A stretch of DNA of 64,000 bases, from contig CM059432.1 in the NCBI GenBank assembly GCA_030390025.1, positions 116,128,001 to 116,192,000 on the forward strand, in the 5' to 3' direction. Positions 63,371 through 64,000 of the stretch are shown piece by piece. The notes beneath the pieces were generated by a model, which saw only the letters and a list, made by a program, of their open reading frames with translations, ran no database searches and was not told the DNA's origin. The DNA comes from Squalus acanthias (lineage: Eukaryota). Positions within the stretch are counted from its first letter, which is position 1. Each line of letters starts with the position of its first letter. The position numbers were made by a program, and so were the translations under genes.

Positions 63371-64000
63371 ATCTTCACTGCCTCCGCTTCACAAAACTGT
63401 CAGAGTTGTACCGTCTGCTGCACGATAACCTGCAGACAACATCTGTAATAGGGACGGCTATTTCTGTGGAAGGGTAGATTATCACAGCATAAAGTTTTCA
63501 TACTAATAAATCCTTTCAGAACATTTCAGAGCACGTTTGTTACATCAGGCAGCCTTCAGTGCACGTATGTATTAAGCAAATGATAAACATTATGGCCCTA
63601 AGATTTTGTGGGGGTTCTGTCGGTAACTTCAGAATGGTTTATGCCATTCTCCAGCCCAAGTTACGGTGGGAGACGCTGGTAGCCTGGTTTAATTTTAGGG
63701 CCTATCTTTGCAAGGGGGAACTTTTTCATCACTTTACCTTTGGAAAAGAGGCATTAGCTAGACAGGGTGCAGAGCTTTCACCAGTTGGCAGGATTCCCTT
63801 GAGTGCAAGGTATTGAAGATAACAACCATGTGGGCATCAGGCTCTTCATATTAACCCCACGACCTATATGAACAGAAAGGGTTTGCGCTTAATTAATCTT
63901 CAGGTGGGATCTAATCATAAAAACATTATGCACATTATCCAGGAAGCAGCCGTAATGCCTTCATTCTGCAGCAGTTCAAAGTGTTTCTTTTGTTGAGGGA

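Noticed and set aside
1..64000. CRISPR arrays, rRNA, operons or prokaryotic defence systems
   Set aside because: There are no regularly spaced repeat-spacer arrays, rRNA motifs or gene-dense blocks. The sequence is vertebrate repeat-rich DNA.

Overview
Repeat-dense vertebrate genomic DNA. The repeat set (CR1 LINEs with short-repeat tails, a Deu-domain SINE, Penelope-like elements, GC-rich Harbinger families) points to a cartilaginous fish (inference). Most of the window is nested, mostly defective mobile elements: many CR1 LINEs, a second CR1-group LINE family, L2 and RTE fragments, two TG..CA solo LTRs with 4-bp TSDs, one Penelope-like element, two Deu-type SINEs, and a PIF/Harbinger complex. 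The Harbinger complex comprises three related elements that keep an intron-containing Myb/SANT-like gene but only a stub of the second ORF, plus MITE derivatives, including two near-identical 893-bp copies. Notable items are a 91-bp-arm near-perfect palindrome with a minimal hammerhead ribozyme on each strand and a 13-bp TSD (56939-57180), two different Harbinger ends inserted at the same CR1 nucleotide, and two candidate + strand host exons (36189-36275, 40476-40605) of an unidentified gene. No complete host gene, tRNA, rRNA or CRISPR array is supported. Most six-frame ORFs are repeat fragments or shadow frames. Boundaries not marked by a TSD or TIR are approximate.
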